This document shows, in pieces, positions 51,213 to 61,367 of a stretch of 64,000 nucleotides of DNA. The stretch is taken from contig NZ_VOLC01000004.1 of the NCBI RefSeq assembly GCF_009797935.1, forward strand, positions 192,820 to 256,819, read 5' to 3'. Each line of letters begins with the position of its first letter. Position 1 is the stretch's first letter. A model generated the notes under the pieces. The model was not told the DNA's origin and searched no databases. It saw only the letters and a program-made list of their open reading frames with translations. This DNA is from Lunatibacter salilacus (GTDB taxonomy: Bacteria; Bacteroidota; Bacteroidia; Cytophagales; Cyclobacteriaceae). The position numbers and the translations under genes were made by a program.

Positions 51213-52055
51213 ATGGCAGTATTTAATACCCGAAGAAGTTTCGTGAAAAAAGGAGTGATGGGCGTGTTGGCGGGATCCGTAATGGGTTCCTCGCAATCAA
51301 TTGCCGCTCCGGTAGCTAAAAGGAAAGACCCTTTTGATCTGGGGTTTGCGGGATATACCTTCGTTCATTTCAATCTGGAGGAAAGTCTGGATATGATCAG
51401 TAAACTTGAGGTGAATTACCTTTGCATCAAGGATTTCCACCTGCCCTTAGATAGTACACCAGACCAAATCAAAGCGTTTCACAGTAGGTTGGCAGAATCC
51501 AATGTAAAAGGATATGCCGTAGGACCTATCTATTGTAGGACACGGCCGGATATGGACAAGGCTTTCGAATATGCAAAAAAAGTCGGTGTAGACCTTATTG
51601 TGGGTATCCCCCTCCATGAGGATCTTAACTATTTAGACCAAAAAGTAAAAGAGTACGATATTCGTTTTGCCATTCACAACCATGGGCCAGAAGACAAATT
51701 GTACCCCAATGCCACTGTCACCGTAGGTTTAATCAAAGACCTGGACGCCCGCATTGGACTTTGTTTTGACATGGGGCACAATATGCGCGACGGTCACGAC
51801 CCGATTGCCGACCTGAGGAAATATAAGGACAGGATTTTTGACATTCACTTGAAAAATGTTACAGCCGCTGCCGCGGAAGGTAAAACCTGCGAACTGGGTA
51901 GGGGAGTGATTGACATTCCCGCCTTTGTGGACATGTTGCGAAAAGTGAAATACCCCGGTAAAGTAAGTTTGGAATATGAAAAAGACATGAAAACTCCGTT
52001 ACAGGGGATTTCAGAATCGGTAGGATATTACAGAGGGGTTACCGACGCCAGGTAA
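51213..52055 (+). CDS. Tat-exported sugar phosphate isomerase/epimerase (xylose-isomerase-like TIM barrel)
   Basis: Start ATG 51213 (MAVFNTRRSFVKKGVMGVLAG); AIHNHGPE, DMGHN metal-site pattern. Confidence 0.65.
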   Translation: MAVFNTRRSFVKKGVMGVLAGSVMGSSQSIAAPVAKRKDPFDLGFAGYTFVHFNLEESLDMISKLEVNYLCIKDFHLPLDSTPDQIKAFHSRLAESNVKGYAVGPIYCRTRPDMDKAFEYAKKVGVDLIVGIPLHEDLNYLDQKVKEYDIRFAIHNHGPEDKLYPNATVTVGLIKDLDARIGLCFDMGHNMRDGHDPIADLRKYKDRIFDIHLKNVTAAAAEGKTCELGRGVIDIPAFVDMLRKVKYPGKVSLEYEKDMKTPLQGISESVGYYRGVTDAR

Positions 52056-52085
52056 TAACAAACTGAAAAGAATAAAAACTAGAAA

Positions 52086-52139
52086 ACATGCCCTCCTTCA
52101 ATCCAATCTGGTTGGATAAATAGGAGGGCATTTTTTTTT
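52086..52139. terminator. bidirectional rho-independent terminator between convergent genes
   Basis: ATGCCCTCCT..(24 nt loop)..AGGAGGGCAT followed by a T9 run; A-rich on the other side; the run overlaps the uxaB-like stop. Confidence 0.6.
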
Positions 52140-53562
52140 AGGCCTGAACTGTTTTTTCTTGATCCAACAGCTCAATAACTTCCTGAATTACCCGATCGGA
52201 AAATCCAGGGTATTGATTCAAGTCCTGACCCCACAAGCTGGTGTTGGCTAATATAGAAGGGACTACCTCATACGGATCACCAACTTTCCACGTCTCATTA
52301 AAAAACGCCATAACACCAGGAGTGTCATTTACGGGAATGTCCAATCCTTTATAGTGGCCTCTATAGAATACTAAGAGTGCCGCTAGGGATTTTAAAAGCA
52401 GCATCGGTAATTTATCCTCCTTTTTAATATATTCCAAGATTGAGGGAAGGACCCGTACCTGAAACTTTGAGATGGAATTGAGCGCAATAGCACTTAGTTG
52501 ATGTTTTACGAAGGGGTTCCTGAAGCGGTCCATGACAGCTTCCGCAAACTTTTCAAGCTCTTCTTTGGGAAGGTCAATGGAAGGAATGATTTCGTTCCAA
52601 AGAGCTGATTGGAGATATTCGCTTACCTCGGGATCGTTCATGGCATCCCCCACAAAGCGCAGCCCTTTAAGGTAGGCCACTGGAACAAGGGTGGTATGAG
52701 CGCCGTTCAAAATCCTTACTTTTCGGGTTCTGTATGGTTGTAAATCATCCACTACAATTACATCCAATCCCAAACGTGATGCGGGGAATAGTTTTTTCAA
52801 TGACTCCGGACCTTCAATCGCCCAAAAAAGAAAGGGTTCTGCCACGACCATCAGATCATCTTTGTAACCCAGTTTTTCCTGAATGGCTTCCGCTTCATCA
52901 CTTGGGAAACCCGGGACAATGCGGTCCACCAAGGTATTATAAAATTTAACCTCAGCTTCCAACCAAGAGTTAAAAGCCGCGGGCAGCTGCCAAAGTTTTG
53001 CATACGCCAACACAGCTTCTTTCAACTTCTTACCATTTTGCTCGATCAATTCGCAAGGGAGGACGTGAATGGTTTTGAATGATTTGTCCTTGATAAATTC
53101 ATATCGCTTAAATAATAGTGCGGTAAGTTTTCCCGGGAATGAATTTGGAGTTTGGGTATAGTCTGTATCAGTGGAATCAACAAAAATCCCCGCTTCCGTG
53201 GTATTGGAAATGATCCATTCAAGTTCTGGCAATTCAGCCAATTTCAGAAAAGCATCATATTCCATATAGGGATTTAGGGTGTCGGCTATGCAGGAGATCA
53301 GGCGGGATTCATCGACCGTTTGACCGTTTTGAAACCCCCTGGTTAGTAGGGTGTAAAGTCCTTCCTGCTCTATCAGGGATGTGGCAGGTTTTTTCCCGTG
53401 CACCTGTACAAGCTGAACAGATCCTAAAAACCCGGTTTTTTCGTTCATCAGATCAAAGATCCAATCCGCAAAGCCTCTCAAAAAATTGCCTGTGCCGAAC
53501 TGAATGACTTTTACCGGGTGTTTTTCACCAATTTCTGCTGATTTTCTATTTAAGGATTTCAT
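52138..53562 (-). CDS. uxaB: mannitol-dehydrogenase-family oxidoreductase, tagaturonate reductase (altronate oxidoreductase)-like
   Basis: MKSLNRKSAEIGEKHPVKVIQFGTGNFLRGFADWIFDLMNE recalled as matching the E. coli UxaB N-terminus. An alternative ATG at 53598 forms an ATGA overlap with the lacI stop. Confidence 0.65.
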   Translation of the reverse strand: MKSLNRKSAEIGEKHPVKVIQFGTGNFLRGFADWIFDLMNEKTGFLGSVQLVQVHGKKPATSLIEQEGLYTLLTRGFQNGQTVDESRLISCIADTLNPYMEYDAFLKLAELPELEWIISNTTEAGIFVDSTDTDYTQTPNSFPGKLTALLFKRYEFIKDKSFKTIHVLPCELIEQNGKKLKEAVLAYAKLWQLPAAFNSWLEAEVKFYNTLVDRIVPGFPSDEAEAIQEKLGYKDDLMVVAEPFLFWAIEGPESLKKLFPASRLGLDVIVVDDLQPYRTRKVRILNGAHTTLVPVAYLKGLRFVGDAMNDPEVSEYLQSALWNEIIPSIDLPKEELEKFAEAVMDRFRNPFVKHQLSAIALNSISKFQVRVLPSILEYIKKEDKLPMLLLKSLAALLVFYRGHYKGLDIPVNDTPGVMAFFNETWKVGDPYEVVPSILANTSLWGQDLNQYPGFSDRVIQEVIELLDQEKTVQA

Positions 53563-53594
53563 CTGAATTATTAATATAAGAGTTGATGGATAAT

Positions 53595-54659
53595 TCAATT
53601 GGCTGTTTCCGAAGAAATGGCCGCGGTGTTAATGCCCAACCGTTGGGAGGAGCCTCTAAATACAGGTTTGGCCCTTAGGACAATTTTTTGGGTTTCGGTG
53701 ATACGTCCCTCCTTGTCAAGAAGATCAAAAAACAACTTGGCAACAGCCTGACCCATGGCAATACTTACCTGATCTACCGTGGTGAGACCAGGGTCGGTAA
53801 ATGCTGTAAATGGCTCATTGCCAAACCCGGCCAAGCCGACGTCTCCGGGAATGTTATATCCGTGTTTCTTGAGCTCTTGCAGGGCACCCACGATAGAATA
53901 ATCACTGGCAGAAAATATGGCATCAAAGGGTATTCCTTTTTCTATTAGGTGACGGGCACTTTGGCGGCCATCTTCGAGCTGCAAGTTACTTTCTACGACG
54001 AGTGCAGGATCCACCGACATTCCGTAACTTTCCAATGCATCTTTATATCCTCTAAAGCGCTCCTTAAATATATTGATGTTCATTGGACTATTGAAGTGGG
54101 CAATTCGGTTATACCCCTGTTCGATTAGGTGTTCCGTGACTTGATAGGCTGCTAGATAATCATCGATGACCACTTGGCATACTGGAATATTATTGGCCAC
54201 CCGGTCGAAGAAAACCAGGGGAATCCCTTTTTGGATTACTGATTTGAAATGATCCAATTTTTGAGTCCCTTTTCCTAAAGAAACGACGATTCCGTCTACC
54301 CGTGCATCCAACAAGGCATGGATGGTCTGAACCTCACGCTCATAATTGTCATGGGATTGCGTAATAATTACTTTATAACCCAGTTTGTTCGCTGTTTCTT
54401 CAATACCCCTTACCACAGAGGAGAAAAAATCCCTGTTTACCGTTGGTACAATAATTCCGATCAATCTACTCTTGCCATTTCTAAGCGCCACAGCGATAGA
54501 ATTGGGTTTGTAGTTGATTTCTTTAGCTACTTTGAGCACCAGTTCTTTTGTTTTTGCACTGATTCTAGGGTGATTATTCAACGCCCTGGATACCGTAGAC
54601 GCTGTTATACCCAATTGTTGGGCGATATCGTGTATGGTAGTTTTCTCTTTTTTGCTCAT
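53595..54659 (-). CDS. LacI-family transcriptional regulator
   Basis: TIHDIAQQLGITASTVSRALNN HTH; periplasmic-binding-protein-like sugar domain. Confidence 0.85.
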   Translation of the reverse strand: MSKKEKTTIHDIAQQLGITASTVSRALNNHPRISAKTKELVLKVAKEINYKPNSIAVALRNGKSRLIGIIVPTVNRDFFSSVVRGIEETANKLGYKVIITQSHDNYEREVQTIHALLDARVDGIVVSLGKGTQKLDHFKSVIQKGIPLVFFDRVANNIPVCQVVIDDYLAAYQVTEHLIEQGYNRIAHFNSPMNINIFKERFRGYKDALESYGMSVDPALVVESNLQLEDGRQSARHLIEKGIPFDAIFSASDYSIVGALQELKKHGYNIPGDVGLAGFGNEPFTAFTDPGLTTVDQVSIAMGQAVAKLFFDLLDKEGRITETQKIVLRAKPVFRGSSQRLGINTAAISSETAN

Positions 54660-54856
54660 TTTTTTGAATATTAGGAATTAATTCCATAAAATGCAATCGA
54701 TTGCGCACAAATCTGTTTTATTCTATGCATACTTTCTTTATATTTAATCCCAAGAATTAGAAGGCTGTGTTTATTTCCTATAGCAATGTAGGCGGAAGAA
54801 GGCTGACAATCAGACAATATCATATTATAATCAACCAATTAAAAGAAAATCCCCTT

Positions 54857-56272
54857 ATGAAGGTTAAAAACCCGGTTTTATCAAGCTTATGTTTATCCAC
54901 CTTACTTTTGGCTATGTCCTGTTCCAGTGAAACATCCGTAGAGTCAGCCGACTCTTCCAAACTTAGCGGAGCTCCAAATGAAATCAAATTGGTTACGCTT
55001 GACCCAGGGCATTTTCATGCCCATTTGGTTAAGAAATCAATCTATCCCCAAGTAGATCCGACTGTACACGTCTACGCTCCAAGTGGTCCTGACCTACAGG
55101 CCTATCTGACCGCTATCGAATCCTATAATACCCGGACGGATGACCCCACCAATTGGGAAATGGAAGTATATACCGGAAATGATTTTTTGCAGAAAATGGT
55201 GTCTGAGAAAAAGGGCAATGTCATGGTCACTGCAGGAAATAACCGAAATAAAACCAAAAATATCTTGTCAGCAGTAGAGGCCGGTTTTCATGTGCTGGCA
55301 GACAAACCTATGGCTATCGATACAGATGGATTTGAGGTTTTAAAGGAAGCATTTGATGTTGCGGAAAAAAACGACGTGCTGCTTTTTGATATTATGACCG
55401 AAAGGTTTGAGATAAGCACCATTCTTCAGAAGGAATTTTCCCTGATCCCGGAAATATTCGGCACACTTGAAAACGGAACATTGGAAAATCCTGCCGTGAC
55501 CAAAGAAAGCGTTCACCACTTTTTCAAAACAGTTTCGGGCAAACCTCTTCAGCGGCCAGGATGGTTCTACGACGTGGCTCAGCAGGGCGAAGGAATTGTG
55601 GACGTAACCACCCACCTGGTGGATTTGGTGCAGTGGGAATGCTTTCCCGAAAAAATCATCGATTACAATACGGATATCGAGATGGTAACCGCTACACGTT
55701 GGCCAACAGAACTCAGCTTGGAAGAATTTACCCGATCTACCGGTTTGACGGAGTTTCCGGACTACCTTACTCCTTATATTAAAGGTGATGTATTGGAAGT
55801 TTATGGAAACGGAGAAATCAACTACAAAATCAATGGAGTGCATGCAAAGGTATCCGTTATCTGGAATTATGTGGCTCCGGAAGGTTCTGCGGATACCCAT
55901 TATTCCATTATGCGGGGTACGACCTCCAACTTGGTGATCCGACAGGACAAAAAGGAAAATTACAAACCGGAATTGTATATTGAGCCTGTAAAAGGAACTG
56001 ATTTGGCTTCATTCGAGGAAACGCTAATGCAAAAAGTGTCTGCGTTAGGAAGCAAGTTTCAGGGGCTGGGTGTAGTAAAAGTAGATGGAGAAAATTCCTG
56101 GAGAATTGAGATTCCGCAGGCTTTTAGAACCAGTCACGAAGACCATTTCCGTGAAGTAACTGAAAAATACATTGAACACCTGACAGCAGGAAAGTTGCCT
56201 GATTGGGAAGTTCCGAATATGATTACAAAATACTACGTCACCACCAAAGGCCTTGAAATGGCGACTAAATAG
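54857..56272 (+). CDS. lipoprotein, Gfo/Idh/MocA-like oxidoreductase-fold protein
   Basis: Start ATG 54857 (MKVKNPVLSSLCLSTLLLAMSCSS); LVTLDPGHFHA Rossmann-like N-terminus. Confidence 0.45.
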   Translation: MKVKNPVLSSLCLSTLLLAMSCSSETSVESADSSKLSGAPNEIKLVTLDPGHFHAHLVKKSIYPQVDPTVHVYAPSGPDLQAYLTAIESYNTRTDDPTNWEMEVYTGNDFLQKMVSEKKGNVMVTAGNNRNKTKNILSAVEAGFHVLADKPMAIDTDGFEVLKEAFDVAEKNDVLLFDIMTERFEISTILQKEFSLIPEIFGTLENGTLENPAVTKESVHHFFKTVSGKPLQRPGWFYDVAQQGEGIVDVTTHLVDLVQWECFPEKIIDYNTDIEMVTATRWPTELSLEEFTRSTGLTEFPDYLTPYIKGDVLEVYGNGEINYKINGVHAKVSVIWNYVAPEGSADTHYSIMRGTTSNLVIRQDKKENYKPELYIEPVKGTDLASFEETLMQKVSALGSKFQGLGVVKVDGENSWRIEIPQAFRTSHEDHFREVTEKYIEHLTAGKLPDWEVPNMITKYYVTTKGLEMATK

Positions 56273-56404
56273 AAAGCGAAAACTATGGATGGTTGTCCGA
56301 TAATTTTGCAAACGCAGCTAGTCGTCCTTCATAGATCTAATTGTCACTCGTAACGAAATAGCTTTGAATAAGACCCAAACAATATAACCCGGAAGTTTTC
56401 AGCC

Positions 56405-57667
56405 ATGAAAAACACACGTAGAGATTTCATTAAAGTATCCGCCTTAGCCGGATTGGGCCTTGCTGGAGGAGGAGAATGGGTACTTGGATCCGGAAATAAG
56501 CCTTTTGCCACCCCACCGCGGAATTCCGTGGAACCAAATTTAATTGGCAGTTATGGCCCCTGGGCTAATAGCCTACAGGGTGATGAGCTCCCCAAGATGT
56601 CCTTCCGTAAGGAGGAATTTACAGATCTTGAAAGCTGGAGGAAGGAGGCTTTGGAAACAATCAATGACCGCTTGGGCATTCCAGATCTGGGTAGAACACC
56701 CGAGGTGACTGTTCACAAGTCCTATGTCTACGATGGCTTGCAGATCGAAGAGATCAGTTGGCAACTCCCCTACGGAAATCCTACAAAAGGATTGGTAATG
56801 AAACCGGTAGGGGCAACTGGAAAACTTCCGGGTATTTTGGCCTTCCACTGCCACGGTGGAAACAAATACTTCGGACTACGCAAAATCACAAAAACTAGCG
56901 ACAATCCCCACGAAATGATGGTTGCTCACCAAGACCATTATTATGAAGGAAAAGCATGGGCCAACGAGGCCGCTAAACGTGGGTATGTGGTGCTGATTGC
57001 GGACGCTTTTACCTTTGCCAGTCGAAGGGTTTTGATGGCTGATATCCCTGAACGGCAGCGTCGAGGGCTGACGGACGAAAATCCCGAGGATCAGGAGAAC
57101 ATCAACGCTTATAATCAATGGGCTTCCGATCACGAGCATATAATGGCCAAGTCCCTTTTTTGTGGAGGCACTACGTGGCCGGGGGTGTTCTTTGCCGAGG
57201 ATAGGGTGGCGTTAGACATCCTGTGTGGCCGTAATGACGTGAACGATCAAAAAATCGGATGTGGGGGATTATCCGGAGGCGGGATGCGGACCGTAATGAC
57301 AGGCGGCTTGGATCCAAGGATTTCCTGCGCAGTATGCGTCGGATTTATGAGTACATGGACCGACTTTCTCCTACACAAATCCTTCACCCATACATGGATG
57401 GCATATATTCCCATTCTACCCCAAGAACTGGATTTCCCTGAAATTCTTGGGCTTCGGGTTCCCTTGCCCACTCTCATACTAAATGATAGCGATGATGGCT
57501 TGTACACCCTGTCTGAGATGGAGAGGGCTGACAAAATCCTTCAAGAGGTTTTCGCAAAGGCAGGTGCTTCGGATAAGTACAGATGTTCTTATTATCCTGG
57601 TCCACATAAATTTGACCATGCCATGCAGCAGGAAGCATTTGACTGGTTTGACAAATGGTTAAAATAA
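56405..57667 (+). CDS. Tat-exported alpha/beta hydrolase (acetylxylan-esterase/dienelactone-hydrolase-like), paralog 1
   Basis: MKNTRRDFIKVSALAGLGLAGG Tat signal; ILAFHCHGG; GLSGGG nucleophile elbow. Confidence 0.6.
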   Translation: MKNTRRDFIKVSALAGLGLAGGGEWVLGSGNKPFATPPRNSVEPNLIGSYGPWANSLQGDELPKMSFRKEEFTDLESWRKEALETINDRLGIPDLGRTPEVTVHKSYVYDGLQIEEISWQLPYGNPTKGLVMKPVGATGKLPGILAFHCHGGNKYFGLRKITKTSDNPHEMMVAHQDHYYEGKAWANEAAKRGYVVLIADAFTFASRRVLMADIPERQRRGLTDENPEDQENINAYNQWASDHEHIMAKSLFCGGTTWPGVFFAEDRVALDILCGRNDVNDQKIGCGGLSGGGMRTVMTGGLDPRISCAVCVGFMSTWTDFLLHKSFTHTWMAYIPILPQELDFPEILGLRVPLPTLILNDSDDGLYTLSEMERADKILQEVFAKAGASDKYRCSYYPGPHKFDHAMQQEAFDWFDKWLK

Positions 57668-57685
57668 CGATAAGAAAATATCCAA

Positions 57686-58900
57686 ATGAGAACTTTAAAT
57701 ACCCAAACAATGACTTATAAATTTCCCGCATTATCGATTTTCCCGCTGCTTGTTTGTCTTTGGTTATTTCTCCCAACTATTGGAAATAGCCAGGGAAATA
57801 ACGATATGCTTTGTGTAGGAGCCCACTGGACAGAGGCTGAGGGTGCCGATTTTTTGGCTTCCATGAAAAAAGCCTATACGACCAAAAAGGAATGGGAGGC
57901 CCGTGCATCCGCAATCCGCAAGCAAGTGCTGAAAGGGACCGGTTTGGAAAAATTCCCTAAGAAGAATGCATTGAATCCCATTTTTGGTGAAGTCAGGGAG
58001 TTTGACGGGTATCAGGTTCAGAATGTGGCCTTTGAAAGTTTACCCGGCGTTTTTGTAACCGGAAGTTTATATTCGCCAAAAGGGGAACTAAAAAACCTTC
58101 CGGGTATCATTTCGCCCCATGGCCATTGGACGCAGGAAGGAGATGTTGGCCGTTACCGCGCTGATGCCCAGAAAAGGTTTGCCAGCATGGCAAGGATGGG
58201 TGCCATGGTATGGGCGTATGATGCGGTAGGATACGCAGAAATGGAAGAAATCGGTTGGGAGCACAAGCATTCGGAAGCATTGAAGCAGCAGTTATGGAAC
58301 AGCATCCGCGGCGTTGATTTTTTGTTGGAAATGGGTGTTAACCCGGACAAAATTGCCGTTACCGGGGCTTCTGGTGGAGCGACCCAATCTTTTCTCCTAA
58401 CGGCTGTAGATGATAGAATTGCAGTTTCCGTTCCGGTTGTGATGGTGTCTGCCCATTTCTTTGGAGGATGTGTCTGTGAAAGTGGCATGCCCATACACAA
58501 AGCAAAAAACTACCAAACCAACAATGTGGAAATTGCAGCGCTTTCTGCGCCCAAACCCATGCTTTTGGTTTCGGTAGGAGGTGATTGGACAAAAAACACC
58601 CCAAAAGTAGAATATCCACATCTCCAACATATTTATGGGCTGATGGGTGAAAAAAACATGGTCGAGAACGTCCATATACCCGAAGACCAACACGGATATG
58701 ATGAGAAAAAGCGCCAGGCTGTCTATCCCTTTCTGGCCAAACACCTTGGCTTGGACCTAAGTAAGGCATTGCATGCCGACGGATCCCTCAATGAATCAGC
58801 CGTTACTCTGGAAGATCAACGGGATCTATACGTCTTTTCCGATAAAAATCCATTTCCATCCCATGGCGTCAAAAATAACAGTGGGGTTAAATGGAAATAA
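57686..58900 (+). CDS. secreted alpha/beta hydrolase, paralog 2
   Basis: Signal peptide; ISPHGHW; GASGGATQSF elbow; same architecture as 56405 and 61368. Confidence 0.6.
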   Translation: MRTLNTQTMTYKFPALSIFPLLVCLWLFLPTIGNSQGNNDMLCVGAHWTEAEGADFLASMKKAYTTKKEWEARASAIRKQVLKGTGLEKFPKKNALNPIFGEVREFDGYQVQNVAFESLPGVFVTGSLYSPKGELKNLPGIISPHGHWTQEGDVGRYRADAQKRFASMARMGAMVWAYDAVGYAEMEEIGWEHKHSEALKQQLWNSIRGVDFLLEMGVNPDKIAVTGASGGATQSFLLTAVDDRIAVSVPVVMVSAHFFGGCVCESGMPIHKAKNYQTNNVEIAALSAPKPMLLVSVGGDWTKNTPKVEYPHLQHIYGLMGEKNMVENVHIPEDQHGYDEKKRQAVYPFLAKHLGLDLSKALHADGSLNESAVTLEDQRDLYVFSDKNPFPSHGVKNNSGVKWK

Positions 58901-58965
58901 GCGTTAATAATAATCGAATACCTCAAATTTCAGTAATCAATTAACAATATTTTAAAACTCAAGAA

Positions 58966-59850
58966 ATGAACAACCAATTAACCCGAAGGGATTTTGTAAA
59001 GAAAACCCTGGCAACCAGCCTTGCTGTTGGCACACTGGGAGGCTTATCCCTGCCGCAATTGTTTGCCCAGAATTCAGGAATGAAACTGGGCTTGGTGACT
59101 TATCAGTGGGGAAAGGACTGGAACCTTGCTGAGCTTATTGCCAACTGTGAAAAAACCGGCTATATGGGCGTTGAACTGCGTACGGAACATGCTCACGGCG
59201 TAGAAAGCAACCTTTCAAAAAAGGAACGAAGGGAAGTGAAGAAGCGGTTTGCGGACAGTCCTGTCACTTGTGTGGGATATGGAAGTAATTACGAGTATCA
59301 TAGTCCTGACCCAGCTGTCTTAAAAAAACACATCGACGGTACTAAAGAATATGTCAAACTATGCAAAGACATCGGAGCTACTGGGTTAAAGGTAAAGCCC
59401 AATACTATTCCTGAGGGGGTTTCCCAAGAAAAGACAGTGGCACAGATTGCCGCGTCTTTCAATGAAGTGGGAAAATTCGCCCAGGACCATGGTCAACTTA
59501 TCCGGGTAGAGGTGCACGGTAGAATCACGCAGGAATTGCCGGTGATGAAAGCGATCTTTGACCAAGTGACGGAGAAAAATGTAGTTATATGTTGGAACAG
59601 TAATGATACGGATCTCAAGGCACCTGGTCTGGAGGCCAATTTCAATATGGTTAAACAATGGCTGGGGGACACTTCCCATTGCCGCGCTTTTAGCGAGACC
59701 GACTATCCATTTCAGGAGCTTTTCGGATTACTAAAGGGAGCCAATTATAATGGTTGGATTTTGTTGGAAGCACACAGTAATCCGGATGACAAAATTGCCG
59801 CCATGGCAAGAGAGAAAAAGTTGTTTGAAGAAATGATAAGCCGGGTTTAA
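58966..59850 (+). CDS. Tat-exported xylose-isomerase-like TIM-barrel protein (sugar phosphate isomerase/epimerase)
   Basis: MNNQLTRRDFVKKTLATSLAVG Tat signal; VEVHGRI, LEAHSNPDD. Confidence 0.65.
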   Translation: MNNQLTRRDFVKKTLATSLAVGTLGGLSLPQLFAQNSGMKLGLVTYQWGKDWNLAELIANCEKTGYMGVELRTEHAHGVESNLSKKERREVKKRFADSPVTCVGYGSNYEYHSPDPAVLKKHIDGTKEYVKLCKDIGATGLKVKPNTIPEGVSQEKTVAQIAASFNEVGKFAQDHGQLIRVEVHGRITQELPVMKAIFDQVTEKNVVICWNSNDTDLKAPGLEANFNMVKQWLGDTSHCRAFSETDYPFQELFGLLKGANYNGWILLEAHSNPDDKIAAMAREKKLFEEMISRV

Positions 59851-59908
59851 TCCTTAGAACGGCGACAAATCAAAAGTAAAAATTATCAACAGTAACCAAA
59901 TAGCAGTA

Positions 59909-61282
59909 ATGACAGAAAGAAGGGATTTTATTAAGAAAAGTTTGTTGGGAGGAGCAGGGATAGCCGTGGCCGGTATGTCTATGAGTGCCAAATCTTATGG
60001 AAAAATTATCGGTGCCAATGATCGGATGCACCTATCCGTAATCGGTATCCGAGGCCAGGGAACTAACCACATCAACCAATTTTGCAAACTAAAAGACAGT
60101 AGAAATGTCGTCATCAAAACCTTGTGTGACGCAGACGAAAATACTTGGTCGGAAAAAGTAAAACTTGTCCAGGATCAAACGGGCGATAAGCCGGGAACGG
60201 CCTATGATATGCGCAAAGTGTTTGAAGATCCCGAAATTGACGCGGTTTCCTTCGCCACACCAAACCACTGGCATGCACTGGGTGCCATCTGGGCTGCGCA
60301 GGCGGGCAAAAATGTATTTGTAGAAAAACCTGCCAGCCATAACATCTATGAAGGCAGGAAAATGATCGAAGCGGCCAGAAAATACAACGTGATTATGCAG
60401 GTTGGTTTTCAAAACCGCTCCATTGCCAACGTTATGGAGGCAATGAAATTCCTCCATGAAGGCGGAATAGGTGAAGTCTATATGGCGAGAGGTCTTTGTT
60501 ACAAGCCTAGAAATTCCTTCGGAATTGTCAAGGACAGTATGCCTCCGGCGGGTCTTCACTATGACCTGTGGCTCGGACCAGCTCCGTATAGAGCCTATAA
60601 TGAGAAGCGCGGCCATTACAACTGGCACTGGCACTGGGATACTGGCAACGGAGACACCGGCAACCAGGGACCGCATCAGTTTGATGTAGCCCGTTGGGGA
60701 TTGAATAAGAATGAGCATCCGGTGAGTGTATATTCCACCGGAGGCATCTATGGCATGACACCTTCAGAATGTTCCCAGGAGACACCCAATACCCAGACCT
60801 CCGTCTTCAAATACAATGATGGAAAGGTATTAGAATTCGAAACAAGAGGACGGTATACAAACGGTGAATCCAGCTTGGGGATACAGATAGGAAATATGTT
60901 TTACGGTACAGACGGGTATATGGAAGTGGATGGCAGTACCTGGAAAGCATTCCGCAAGAGTGAAAAGGAACCGTTCGCCCAATCTACCAAGGAAAAGGCA
61001 CCTGCTTCAAGCGGATCAAATGTTCTTGCCGCTCCAGGTGGTGCTGAGCATTATGCCAACTTCCTCGATGCCATCCGCAAGAGTGACCGCTATGCGCTAA
61101 ACTGTGATATCCGAGAGGGATTTTATTCTTCTGCATTGCCAGCTATGGCCAACATTTCTTACCGATTGGGAAGAAGCCTCAATTTCATGGGCGAATACGA
61201 AAAATTTGCCAATGACTCGGAAGCAGATACCATGCTTAGCCGTCCAAGCCGACCGCCATACGTGGTGCCGGATCAAGTTTAA
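59909..61282 (+). CDS. Tat-exported Gfo/Idh/MocA-family oxidoreductase
   Basis: MTERRDFIKKSLLGGAGIAVAG; SVIGIRGQGTNH Rossmann motif; EKPASHN. Confidence 0.8.
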   Translation: MTERRDFIKKSLLGGAGIAVAGMSMSAKSYGKIIGANDRMHLSVIGIRGQGTNHINQFCKLKDSRNVVIKTLCDADENTWSEKVKLVQDQTGDKPGTAYDMRKVFEDPEIDAVSFATPNHWHALGAIWAAQAGKNVFVEKPASHNIYEGRKMIEAARKYNVIMQVGFQNRSIANVMEAMKFLHEGGIGEVYMARGLCYKPRNSFGIVKDSMPPAGLHYDLWLGPAPYRAYNEKRGHYNWHWHWDTGNGDTGNQGPHQFDVARWGLNKNEHPVSVYSTGGIYGMTPSECSQETPNTQTSVFKYNDGKVLEFETRGRYTNGESSLGIQIGNMFYGTDGYMEVDGSTWKAFRKSEKEPFAQSTKEKAPASSGSNVLAAPGGAEHYANFLDAIRKSDRYALNCDIREGFYSSALPAMANISYRLGRSLNFMGEYEKFANDSEADTMLSRPSRPPYVVPDQV

Positions 61283-61298
61283 CTTACGTGTAATTTAT

Positions 61299-61338
61299 AA
61301 AGCCTTATCCTTCCATCTTGAAGGATAAGGCTTTTTTT
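61299..61338 (+). terminator. rho-independent terminator
   Basis: AAAGCCTTATCCTT-ccatcttg-AAGGATAAGGCTTT followed by TTTTT; 14-bp stem 17 nt after the stop. Confidence 0.7.
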
Positions 61339-61367
61339 AAGAAAACACATTACCCATCCAATAACCC

